From an uncultured Candidatus Poseidoniales archaeon (lineage in GTDB: Archaea; Thermoplasmatota; Poseidoniia; Poseidoniales; Thalassarchaeaceae), in the NCBI GenBank assembly GCA_964563355.1, contig CAZLVU010000003.1, forward strand, positions 773 through 64,772: a DNA stretch of 64,000 bases, written 5' to 3'. A program made the position numbers and the translations under genes. A model generated the notes under the pieces. It saw only the letters and a list, made by a program, of their open reading frames with translations, did not search any database and was not told the DNA's origin. Positions 52,490-60,891 of this stretch are shown here, piece by piece. Numbering within the stretch: the stretch's first letter is position 1; each line of letters opens with the position of its first letter.

Positions 52490-54601
52490 ATGGCAGCCGG
52501 GCCCACACCCGAAGAAGGAAATGGGGCCAGAATCGAATGGCTAGCACTCCAAATCGGACACCATTCCGACCTCTACTACAATCAGGCGAAACCAGAGATT
52601 TCTGATGCCGAGTTCGACGAGTTCTGGGACGAACTGAAACGCCTATCCCCGGACCACCCGCAGCTGAGCAGGGTCGGTTCCGACCCCACCCCAGGGTCAA
52701 CCAAGGTTAACCACCTATTCCCTATGCTTAGCCTCGACAAGGCCACCGAGGAGGATGAGGTCGCTCATTTCGTAGCTGTGACCACAGCCCAAGGCAGGAG
52801 GTTTGTTTGCCAGCCCAAGCTAGACGGGTCCGCTCTTTCACTGGAATACAGGAGGGGCAGGCTCGTCAGAGCAGCCACGAGAGGGAACGGAGAGAGGGGG
52901 GAAGATGTAACAGCCAACGTTCGCCGCCTGAGGAACGTTCCAGAATCAATTGGCTGGAAGGGTGACTGCCACGTAAGGGGCGAGGTCGTCATGCCTCTGG
53001 CTGTTTTCAGGGACAAGTACTCGGAGGTCGCACCGAACCCACGCAACCTAGCTGCTGGGTCGTTGCGTCAGAAACACGCCGACGCCGGAAAGGGCAAACC
53101 GGAGGACCTGGTTTTCTTGGCCTACGGGGTGGAGTTTCCTTCCGCCCAAGACCGGCACCCCGAAAGCCTAGAACCACCCCCCTTCAAGCTTGATTCAGAG
53201 GCGATTTCGTGGCTCGAGGAGATTGGCATAGAGGTTGCAGGCAACACCATAATTGCAGGAGAGGACGATGCATCGGTTACAGCCGCAGCCCTCTCTCTGA
53301 CGAGCCACTGGTTCGCCTCCAGAGAATCCACCGATTGGGAGATCGATGGCGTGGTGATAAAGCTCGACCGCTTGGACAAGAGAGAACTCCTAGGGGTGAC
53401 GGCCCACCATCCCAGATGGGCCTTGGCTTGGAAATTTCCCCCTGAAGAGGCGGTTTCAGTTCTGATGGACGTTTTCTGGCAGACCGGGAGAACCGGAAAC
53501 GTGACCCCGGTCTCCAAGGTGGCTCCGGTTGTGGTTTCGGGAGTAACCGTGGAGAACACCACATTACACAACCGGGGGGAGGTGGAACGACTCGGCGTCA
53601 TGATAGGGGACAAGGTCAGGATCGTCCGCAGGGGCGACGTCATTCCGAAGATTACCGAGGTCCTTGGACCGGCAAGTGAGTCCGACCTGGAAGGCAGGTC
53701 ACATTCGGATGGGACCCCATTCAACGAAACGCTGCCAGCCAGGTCCCAGGTGGAGCTCCCCACGGAATGCCCCAGGTGCTCCACGACCCTTATCGAGGAT
53801 GGAGCGTTCATCCGATGCACGAACATTCACTGCCAGTCCCGCCTCGAGAGGAGGATCCTTTACTGGTGCAGGACTCTGGGAATGGACGGCATCGGGGAGA
53901 AGCTGGCTGAGCAACTTTGCTCATCTGGGTTGGTGGGCAGTATCGCTGACCTCTATCGACTAGGGGGGAGGGAGCAGGAACTGCTCGGTCTGGACAGAAT
54001 GGCGGAAAAGTCGGCCAACAACTTACTCGAGGAGCTGGAAGCCGCCAGATCGATGACCCTCAGCACCTTCATCTCCGCCCTAGGGCTGCCTAGGATCGGG
54101 CCTGAGGTGGCTTCGCTGGTTTGCACCGAAGTCAGGACTCTGGAAGACCTTATGCAAATGCCCATGGAGAGGGAGAGTGCCGTTGAGCGCCTGACGAAGA
54201 TCGACAGGATTGGCGAGACCGTTGCAAATCTGCTTCTGGACGGGGTATCCGACAGGAGAGACTCCATTCTGGATTTACACCAGCAGATTGAGATTTCCCA
54301 GTCCGAGCCTAAGTCCGCCGACGGACCCCTCTCAGGATTGAGCTTCTGCATTTCCGGTGCACTTAGCCGCCCGAGGAAGGAGATCGCACTCTCCATCAAG
54401 TCGGAGGGTGGCAAAGTCGTCTCATCGGTCTCCGGCAGACTGGACTACCTAGTTGCCGGGGAGTCTGCAGGATCGAAGCTGGGCAAGGCAAATAGGCTCG
54501 GGGTCCGAGTAATCTCGGAGTCAGAGTTGGGCGATTTGTTAGTCGGTAGCATTCTGGAAGATCTCCCAGAGGAGAGGCAGTCCAGCTTGGGTGAGTTCTG
54601 A
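52490..54601 (+). CDS. ligA: NAD-dependent DNA ligase LigA (bacterial type), full domain set
   Basis: Domain Ia is LYYNQAKPEISDAEFDEFWDEL. The adenylation lysine sits in CQPKLDGSALSLEY, followed by ATRGNGERGEDVT. The Cys4 zinc finger is CPRCSTTLIEDGAFIRCTNIHC. HhH repeats are present. BRCT is GLSFCISGALSRPRKE...DYLVAGESAGSKLGKA. Confidence 0.92.
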   Translation: MAAGPTPEEGNGARIEWLALQIGHHSDLYYNQAKPEISDAEFDEFWDELKRLSPDHPQLSRVGSDPTPGSTKVNHLFPMLSLDKATEEDEVAHFVAVTTAQGRRFVCQPKLDGSALSLEYRRGRLVRAATRGNGERGEDVTANVRRLRNVPESIGWKGDCHVRGEVVMPLAVFRDKYSEVAPNPRNLAAGSLRQKHADAGKGKPEDLVFLAYGVEFPSAQDRHPESLEPPPFKLDSEAISWLEEIGIEVAGNTIIAGEDDASVTAAALSLTSHWFASRESTDWEIDGVVIKLDRLDKRELLGVTAHHPRWALAWKFPPEEAVSVLMDVFWQTGRTGNVTPVSKVAPVVVSGVTVENTTLHNRGEVERLGVMIGDKVRIVRRGDVIPKITEVLGPASESDLEGRSHSDGTPFNETLPARSQVELPTECPRCSTTLIEDGAFIRCTNIHCQSRLERRILYWCRTLGMDGIGEKLAEQLCSSGLVGSIADLYRLGGREQELLGLDRMAEKSANNLLEELEAARSMTLSTFISALGLPRIGPEVASLVCTEVRTLEDLMQMPMERESAVERLTKIDRIGETVANLLLDGVSDRRDSILDLHQQIEISQSEPKSADGPLSGLSFCISGALSRPRKEIALSIKSEGGKVVSSVSGRLDYLVAGESAGSKLGKANRLGVRVISESELGDLLVGSILEDLPEERQSSLGEF

Positions 54602-55405
54602 TTAGCCGAACATGCCGGTGGGTGCATTACTCTGGTCTTGTGGCGGATTGAGGTGAAGGGCCATAGTATCGCGAATCTGCCCCTCGATCCTCTGAGCCTC
54701 CTCGAGCAGCGGTTCGGGATCCAAGTGAACCGCAGGGAGGAGGCCGTCCACGCTCCCAATGATTCTGGCCGCAGCTCTGGCGTCCGGAATCACTCCCTGC
54801 CCAATCTCCCCATCTGATTCGGCAATAATTGCTAAGGCGTCGATTTCCCTTCTTCTGCACTCCCCCATCATCACCCCAGTCATTCCTCCCACAACCCCTT
54901 GCTTGAGAAGGGGCACGCCTATCTCGCCGAGCAGTTCTAGGGCGGTTTCGGTCGAGCCTATGCCCAGCATGGTCTCCATGCCCTCGTCCTCATCGAAGAT
55001 GCTGTGCCCACCATCAACCCCGTGAGCGAAGGAGTCTACCATTATCGTGGAGCTGACCCCGGACTCCACAATCCAATCGATTAGCCCAGAAGATAGAGGA
55101 AGACTCAGACCTGAAGGAATCTGAATCTCGGATGCAATTAGCACCACCTTGTCGCACCTCTCCATGTTGCAAATCGGCTCACCCGCATAGAACCTCAGCG
55201 GAGGTAGCGGCTTCCCGTCCTGAACCAGGCACAGGGAGGGGAGATTCGGGTGCCGGACGCCCCCGACAAGCTCCAATTCCAACTTGTCGACGAGGTAGTG
55301 GGCCACGATACTGCTAACGAATCCAACCGAGGGGAAGCAACTAACCAGCAGAGCACCCGATGCGTTGACCCCAGCGTCCACCTCGACTAGGGGCCCCTCC
55401 GGCAT
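54602..55405 (-). CDS. PAC2-family proteasome assembly chaperone-like protein (PbaA/PbaB-like), paralog 1
   Basis: LLVSCFPSVGFVSSIVAHYLVDKLELELVGGV...PPLRFYAGE resembles the archaeal PAC2 N-terminal pattern. The C-terminus is ...APTGMFG. The stop abuts the ligA stop with zero spacer. ATG 55405 preferred over TTG 55414. Confidence 0.6.
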   Translation of the reverse strand: MPEGPLVEVDAGVNASGALLVSCFPSVGFVSSIVAHYLVDKLELELVGGVRHPNLPSLCLVQDGKPLPPLRFYAGEPICNMERCDKVVLIASEIQIPSGLSLPLSSGLIDWIVESGVSSTIMVDSFAHGVDGGHSIFDEDEGMETMLGIGSTETALELLGEIGVPLLKQGVVGGMTGVMMGECRRREIDALAIIAESDGEIGQGVIPDARAAARIIGSVDGLLPAVHLDPEPLLEEAQRIEGQIRDTMALHLNPPQDQSNAPTGMFG

Positions 55406-55477
55406 GGCTCGCAATACTTACTCAATGCTGTTAACCATTGTCACGCCTGGCGTACAATAGGCAGCTGAGGTGGAAAG

Positions 55478-56632
55478 ATGGAAAAGAAGGGTTTCAAGCC
55501 CCATCGGCTTTCACCATCCTCTTGGAATAACTTCGAAGATTGCCCCAGGAAGTACTGGCTATCTCGCCAATCTCTACCAAAAAAGGCGAGTATGCCCGCT
55601 TCTCTGGGAACGGCAATCCACAACTCTGTGGAGGACCTCTGCAACCTTGATTTGACGGATAGAGACGATGATGAGACTGGGTGGTTGCCTCCCGTGGTGA
55701 AGGCCACTCTGGATCGTCACTGGGAGAAAGAGCGCGAAACCTTCTTCGCCACGCCCAGGCACCCAAGGTGGAAATCTGAGCTTGTTGGGAAAGCACATGA
55801 AGGGCTACTGGGAGCTCTGAGCATCCTATTCACCAAGGCCGGAATGCCTGAGTTGCACCTTCCACAGGTTTCCGTGGGCTCGTGGAAGAAAGTGCAGTCC
55901 ATCGTATTGGGGAACGAGGCTACTTTGACCTCCGAGTGCGGGCGATTGATGGGTAGGCTGGACTTGCTCATCTCCGATGTCAACGAAGGCAATTCTGTGG
56001 GTTGGATTGTAGCGGATCTGAAGACCGGAAACCCACCGAAGGAGCGGCTAAACGACAAGGTTAGCAGGCAGCTAAGGCTATACAGGGATCTTCTCAAGCA
56101 GAACGAGCCAGACCACCCCCCAGTCCGCGCTGAGGGATGGTATTCGGCTAATCAGTCCGTACATGTGGCAGACGGCCCCTCTACATTGGACCAAGCCCTT
56201 GATGCATGGGAGGAGATGAGACCCACTCTGGAGCCCCTGCAAGCCACTCCTAGCGAGGTCGCGTGTGCGTTCTGTGAATGGAAGGCATGGTGCCCCGCTT
56301 GGTGGGTCGCACGTAGAGACGGGGAGCTGCCACCGGGTAGGATGTTCAGGGACGAGGTGGTCCGAACAGTGAGGTTCGAAGAGGAATCCGGCGCCTCTCT
56401 CTTCGAACGCACCCCCCCCGTCGGAGTCGACGGCGAGTTGGCCGACTCAAACCATCGGTTCGGTGCAATGTTGAAGGGCCGGGCGATGCAGCAGATGAGG
56501 GAACTGCGATCTTCGGGATATGACGGGTATCTCTTTCTCGGCAGTGCGAGAGTTGGTGGCAGTGTCATGCATCTCGGAGATTGGTCCGAGGTCCTTCCTT
56601 GGTCACCACTCCTGAGGTCAACTGGCCAGTGA
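55478..56632 (+). CDS. PD-(D/E)XK nuclease of the Cas4/RecB/AddB type with a 4-Cys cluster and an extra ~110-aa C-terminal domain
   Basis: N-terminal Cys context SPSSWNNFEDCPRKYWL. GTAIHNSVE. Motif II GRLDLLISD. Motif III WIVADLKTG. QLRLYRDLL. C-terminal CAFCEWKAWCP. Confidence 0.7.
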   Translation: MEKKGFKPHRLSPSSWNNFEDCPRKYWLSRQSLPKKASMPASLGTAIHNSVEDLCNLDLTDRDDDETGWLPPVVKATLDRHWEKERETFFATPRHPRWKSELVGKAHEGLLGALSILFTKAGMPELHLPQVSVGSWKKVQSIVLGNEATLTSECGRLMGRLDLLISDVNEGNSVGWIVADLKTGNPPKERLNDKVSRQLRLYRDLLKQNEPDHPPVRAEGWYSANQSVHVADGPSTLDQALDAWEEMRPTLEPLQATPSEVACAFCEWKAWCPAWWVARRDGELPPGRMFRDEVVRTVRFEEESGASLFERTPPVGVDGELADSNHRFGAMLKGRAMQQMRELRSSGYDGYLFLGSARVGGSVMHLGDWSEVLPWSPLLRSTGQ

Positions 56633-57196
56633 CTGAAGGAAATCCTCTAGGGTCCCATTGAACCTACTCGGGTAGGCCCTCATGACCTTCCAAAGGAGAA
56701 GGAGGGTGGCCCCCGCATCCACATTCGCTCTGTGTGAATTCTCTAGTCCGATGCCAAATCGATCACAAAGGGCCCCAAGCTTGTGTCTCCCGGGGATGCC
56801 AAACCTCCTTGCTATGACAAGGGTGTCAATTATTGCACGGGGACGGGGGGCTTCAGCCCCCATCCTCATGAATTCCATCTCAATGAATTTCCAGTCAAAC
56901 GCTATGACGTTGTGCCCGACAATGACGGCCCCTTCAATTGCTGCGAAGACCTCCCCTGCATGTTCAGCGAAACCCCCCTTCCCCCTAACATCCTCGTCAC
57001 TGATGCCATGCACTCTAATTGCCCCCTCTGGAATCTTCACACCCGGGTGCACGAGGGAATTGAGGCTCACGTGCTCGCCATCGGGCTCACTTCCAACAAA
57101 AGCGTACTCAACTACCCGATCAGTCCGGGGATCAAAGCCGGTAGTTTCGAGATCGAATCCAAGGACCCGGTGACCTTCAAGCATACTTTCCGACAT
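56618..57196 (-). CDS. DEDDh 3'-5' exonuclease (DnaQ/epsilon-like)
   Basis: ExoI is VLGFDLETTG, ExoII is VVGHNVIAFDWKF and ExoIII is HRANVDAGAT. Its 3' end overlaps the convergent nuclease gene by 15 nt. Confidence 0.8.
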   Translation of the reverse strand: MSESMLEGHRVLGFDLETTGFDPRTDRVVEYAFVGSEPDGEHVSLNSLVHPGVKIPEGAIRVHGISDEDVRGKGGFAEHAGEVFAAIEGAVIVGHNVIAFDWKFIEMEFMRMGAEAPRPRAIIDTLVIARRFGIPGRHKLGALCDRFGIGLENSHRANVDAGATLLLLWKVMRAYPSRFNGTLEDFLQSLAS

Positions 57197-57258
57197 GGCC
57201 TCCCCCGGCGCCGTCCATCAACTCTACCAATGCATGCGAAATCTCCCCCGGACCCAAC

Positions 57259-58455
57259 ATGCCTATGAGGGACCCATCGGTACTGGAGCTGATGGGAAAG
57301 ATTTCGCATGCAGCCTCAATCGTCCTGCTGCTTCTTGCTCAGGCTCTAGCGGGTTGTGGGGGGATTGGCCCGGGAAGCCCAAACGCCAGTATCGAAGCAG
57401 ACAGGAACTTGGTGAACGTAGGTGAAGCGGCAAACTTCGATGCTAGGGCCTCCACAAGCCCTGAGCCAACGATCATTGACGAGTTCCGTTGGGACTTCGG
57501 AGATGGCGAGACGAGGACGACAACTCAAGGGATTGCCAGCCACATTTTCGAACAACCCGGCACCTTCAACGTTGTAGTGGTCGTGGCTAGCGACGAGGGT
57601 TCCACCGACTCTGCTAGCACTAGCATTTTTGTGAACGCGCCCCCACAGGTCAACTTGGCAATACCAGATTTCGCCAAGACGGGCCAAACTGTCACGCTGG
57701 ACGCCAGCGCATCAACCGATCACGAGGGCGGCTCATTGGAGTTCATGTGGGACCTCGATGCCTACTCGGACTCCAACGGCGACGGTGACCCTATGAACGA
57801 CGCCGAGAAGCTCGGAGAGTCAACACAGGTGACCTTCGAAAGTGCCGGCAACTACACTGGGGCAGTCACGGTGGTCGATGATAACGGGGCCACAACGACT
57901 TCGCTATGGTCCCTGAGAGTCATTGCTAGGACATTCAAGGTAATCTGGGAGGAGACCCACGCCGATTACGATTGGTCTGGTTACCTTGAGCAGGGCGCAT
58001 CTCACGAAATTGAGCATTTCCCCGGCGACGGGGCGAGAGTCATATCGGTATTTGCAACGTTGACTCTAGCTAGAGACATCCTGCCAATCCAGTGGCCTGA
58101 GGACAACTTCACCCTTGATTTGGATGTTCCACTCTCAGGGTGGAAGACCAACACAATCACCACCCATGACAACATCACCCAGAATGCCACAGCGACTCTA
58201 GAGAGGGCGGCCATGAACGCACCCCCCGAATCCGGCTACACTACCACCGCCGAGTCGAAGGAGGCACTAGAGAACTCCCTTCTGAACCAACCCGATCAGA
58301 GGTTCGGCCAGGGGGTCTGGGAATGGACAATTACCGCCCTCCAGTGTGATCCAGACCTTCCAGTGGACGACGTGGACCCCGATCAGGGCAACGAATGGTT
58401 CCTAGAGGCCAGTTTCGTCGTGCTCATTCTGAGAATTAGTGAGGTCAGCGTCTGA
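57259..58455 (+). CDS. secreted PKD-domain lipoprotein
   Basis: The signal plus lipobox is ASIVLLLLAQALAGCGG. There are two PKD-like units (FDARASTSPEPTIIDEFRWDFGDGE and LDASASTDHEGGSLEFMWDLD). An alternative start is ATG 57292. Confidence 0.7.
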   Translation: MPMRDPSVLELMGKISHAASIVLLLLAQALAGCGGIGPGSPNASIEADRNLVNVGEAANFDARASTSPEPTIIDEFRWDFGDGETRTTTQGIASHIFEQPGTFNVVVVVASDEGSTDSASTSIFVNAPPQVNLAIPDFAKTGQTVTLDASASTDHEGGSLEFMWDLDAYSDSNGDGDPMNDAEKLGESTQVTFESAGNYTGAVTVVDDNGATTTSLWSLRVIARTFKVIWEETHADYDWSGYLEQGASHEIEHFPGDGARVISVFATLTLARDILPIQWPEDNFTLDLDVPLSGWKTNTITTHDNITQNATATLERAAMNAPPESGYTTTAESKEALENSLLNQPDQRFGQGVWEWTITALQCDPDLPVDDVDPDQGNEWFLEASFVVLILRISEVSV

Positions 58456-58507
58456 TCGCTCACCCGTGCGTGCGAAGGCCTTTCAACCACCTGACCGTGG
58501 CAGGAGC

Positions 58508-58861
58508 ATGGTCAAGTCGATTGAGATTACCAAGGTGTCGATCAGAGACCGGTTGGTCGTAGACGCGAACGTGTCGATGAGGAACCCACAGGACTTCGAT
58601 TTCTCCCCTAGGGCTAGTTTGGAGGGAACTACTCTGAGCCTGCTCAATGAGGGAGAGTCCAACACCTCGTCCAGCTTCGATCTGGACTCGGACCAGATGA
58701 TCGCCGCTGAGAGGGACAGGATGCTGGAGCTGCGAGTAAAGTTCTCCGTAGAGGGCATGCACGGGGTCTTGATCCACAAGACGATGAACACCAAGACTGC
58801 TCCCAATGCCAAGAAGCTTGCAGAGCCCAGGTGGAAGACAATCCTACCGCTACTCATGTGA
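58508..58861 (+). CDS. hypothetical small protein
   Basis: Internal ATG 58508 (MVKSIEITKV...) is directly preceded by AGGAGC; the ORF upstream of it overlaps the PKD gene. No family recognised. Confidence 0.4.
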   Translation: MVKSIEITKVSIRDRLVVDANVSMRNPQDFDFSPRASLEGTTLSLLNEGESNTSSSFDLDSDQMIAAERDRMLELRVKFSVEGMHGVLIHKTMNTKTAPNAKKLAEPRWKTILPLLM

Positions 58862-58911
58862 ACCCCCAAAACCGTCGGGATTAAGCAGGGGCCTAGCATC
58901 GAAAAGCCACT

Positions 58912-58988
58912 GGACCCATAGTGTAGCCTGGATATCACATGAGCTTGCGGAGCTCGTAACCCGTGTTCGAATCGCGGTGGGTCCGCCA
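58912..58988 (+). tRNA. tRNA-Arg (anticodon GCG), CCA encoded
   Basis: GGACCCA-TA-GTGT..TCAC-A-TGAGC-TTGCGGA-GCTCG-TAAC-CCGTG-TTCGAAT-CGCGG-TGGGTCC-G-CCA. Confidence 0.88.
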
Positions 58989-59036
58989 ACCATGCATCGA
59001 GAATAGTACCATTAATCGCCTACATCTGGAGAGAAC

Positions 59037-60695
59037 ATGGAGAGAACCATCACAATTTTGATGATAATTATGCTGACCTCCGTCTCCCTGGCCGGTTGCG
59101 CAGGGGACGATGCCAACTACGAGGAAACGATAAGCACACTAGAGCAAGAGGCAATAGCCGATCAAGGGATGCTAGCCACCCTCAACGCTACCGTCGCCTC
59201 ATTGGAGGGGAACATAGCGCAATTGGATTCCGACATAGCCACCCTAAACTCCCGAATCGCAGATCTGGACACGCAGATTGGCGATTACCAGGCGCAGGCT
59301 GAAATCCTCAATCAGCAGAACGCCACGAAGGCAACCCAAATCGACCTGATGGCCCTTAACATCACGACTCTCGAGACGACAAAGGCATCTCTCGAGACCC
59401 AATTGTCCGCTCTCGAGTTAACCAAGGCAACATTGGAGGCGCAAGTTTCTCTCCTCGAGTCGGAGAAGGTCAATCTGGAGGGGCAGGTCGCATCCCTGAC
59501 CACTGCGAACCAGAACTCTGCATCGGAGGTGTCCGACCTCCAAGATCTCGCAGCAGAACTCAATGAGACCATCGAGCAGCTCGAGGACACCATCTCCGAG
59601 ATGGAGAGCGACTCTTCTTCGGGCGATTTCACCAGTACCTTGGACACAATCATCTCTCGAGGGTACATGATCTGCGGCGTCAAGGAGTCCCAGTACGGCA
59701 TGGGATACCTAGACTCGGCCACGGGAGTGCGATCGGGCCTGGACATCTCCTACTGCCGTGCCGTGGCAGCCGCTATCGGACTGAACCCTGACACCGACAT
59801 CGAATATATCCCTACGTCAGCTTCGATGAGGTTCCAATTGCTAGCAGATGAAACCATTGACGTACTAATCAGGACCACGACTTGGACAACTTCCCGTGAC
59901 TCCGCCCTCGACGCAGACTACGCAGCCGTGAACTTCTACGACGGACAGGGATTGCTGATTCGCAGTGACGCATTCGCATATGGCAACGGGTCCATGCATC
60001 AGCTCGATGGCTCGACCATCTGCGTCGGCGCAGATACGACCTCAGAAGGAAACCTCGATGCGTGGTTCTACACCCAAGGCATCTCATTCACCAGTGTATC
60101 AATCTGGGATTCTTCGGATGCCATCCAGAAGCTGAAGGACGGGGTCTGCGACGCATGGACGGGCGACATGTCCGCGATGGTAGCCATGAAGTGGACGCTG
60201 GAAACCCACGATGACCACGAGGACTGGCGTAACTCTGGTGACTACTCCGATTTGTGGATTGCCGCTGAGACGATTTCCAAGGAACCTCTTGCTGCTGCGA
60301 CCAGGGACTACGATTCGAAGTGGAACGAGATCGTGTCATGGGTCTGGTATGGGATGGTCACCGCAGAGGAACTGGGCGTGACGTCTGAAAACTACGACAC
60401 CCTGGACTATTCGTGCACTTGGTCCGCCTCCAATTACAACGCCTGGCTTTGCAGGCTCCTCGAGGAAAACTTGGGCCTCGGGACCGACGACAACCCGCTT
60501 TCGATGTACTGGATGCAGGACGTCCTTGAGGAAGTGGGGAATTATGGAGAGGCGTACGATGACGCGTTCTGCGACGGTACCTACGACGGGGTCAGCGGAT
60601 CAGATGCGATGACTGGGTGCCTCCTGTCGAGATCGGGGTCCCTCAACGCGCTCGTGTCCGAGGGAGGCATCCAGTATGCTCCCTCGATGCGCTGA
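59037..60695 (+). CDS. lipobox-anchored amino-acid ABC-type substrate-binding protein (AapJ/BztA-like, family 3) carried on a ~160-aa coiled-coil stalk
   Basis: The signal plus lipobox is IIMLTSVSLAGCAG. The heptad-rich stalk runs LEQEAIADQG...ASLEGNIAQLDSDIATLNSRIADLDTQIG...LETQLSALELTKATLEAQVSLLESEKVNLEGQV. The SBP core is TLDTIISRGYMICGVKESQYGMGYLD...GLDISYCRAVAAAIG...RFQLLADETIDVLIRTTTWTTSRD...NFYDGQGLLIR. Confidence 0.8.
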   Translation: MERTITILMIIMLTSVSLAGCAGDDANYEETISTLEQEAIADQGMLATLNATVASLEGNIAQLDSDIATLNSRIADLDTQIGDYQAQAEILNQQNATKATQIDLMALNITTLETTKASLETQLSALELTKATLEAQVSLLESEKVNLEGQVASLTTANQNSASEVSDLQDLAAELNETIEQLEDTISEMESDSSSGDFTSTLDTIISRGYMICGVKESQYGMGYLDSATGVRSGLDISYCRAVAAAIGLNPDTDIEYIPTSASMRFQLLADETIDVLIRTTTWTTSRDSALDADYAAVNFYDGQGLLIRSDAFAYGNGSMHQLDGSTICVGADTTSEGNLDAWFYTQGISFTSVSIWDSSDAIQKLKDGVCDAWTGDMSAMVAMKWTLETHDDHEDWRNSGDYSDLWIAAETISKEPLAAATRDYDSKWNEIVSWVWYGMVTAEELGVTSENYDTLDYSCTWSASNYNAWLCRLLEENLGLGTDDNPLSMYWMQDVLEEVGNYGEAYDDAFCDGTYDGVSGSDAMTGCLLSRSGSLNALVSEGGIQYAPSMR

Positions 60696-60754
60696 CTTCG
60701 GAGAATACCAGTGGGCGACCGATTCAATTAGTGCCGGTCCTTGGGCGCAACGCT

Positions 60755-60831
60755 GGACCCATAGTGTAGCCTGGATATCACTCTAGCCTCCGGAGCTGGA
60801 AACCCGTGTTCGAATCGCGGTGGGTCCGCCA
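60755..60831 (+). tRNA. tRNA-Arg (anticodon CCG), CCA encoded
   Basis: GGACCCA-TA-GTGT..TCAC-T-CTAGC-CTCCGGA-GCTGG-AAAC-CCGTG-TTCGAAT-CGCGG-TGGGTCC-G-CCA. It is identical to the Arg-GCG gene outside the 19-nt anticodon-arm segment. Confidence 0.88.
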
Positions 60832-60891
60832 TCTGGGGCAAAAAAACCAACCACTGGTTAGGTTCAAGCGGAATTACCCAGACGCCCCCAC

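Noticed and set aside
53122-53826. A 234-aa minus-strand ORF inside ligA. Similar long antisense ORFs occur at 12012..12551, 9634..10113, 2504..3025, 29057..29644 and 37314..37817.
   Set aside because: Each lies fully inside a gene with clear family motifs on the other strand. Their S/P/R-rich composition is typical of antisense frames in moderately GC-rich DNA.
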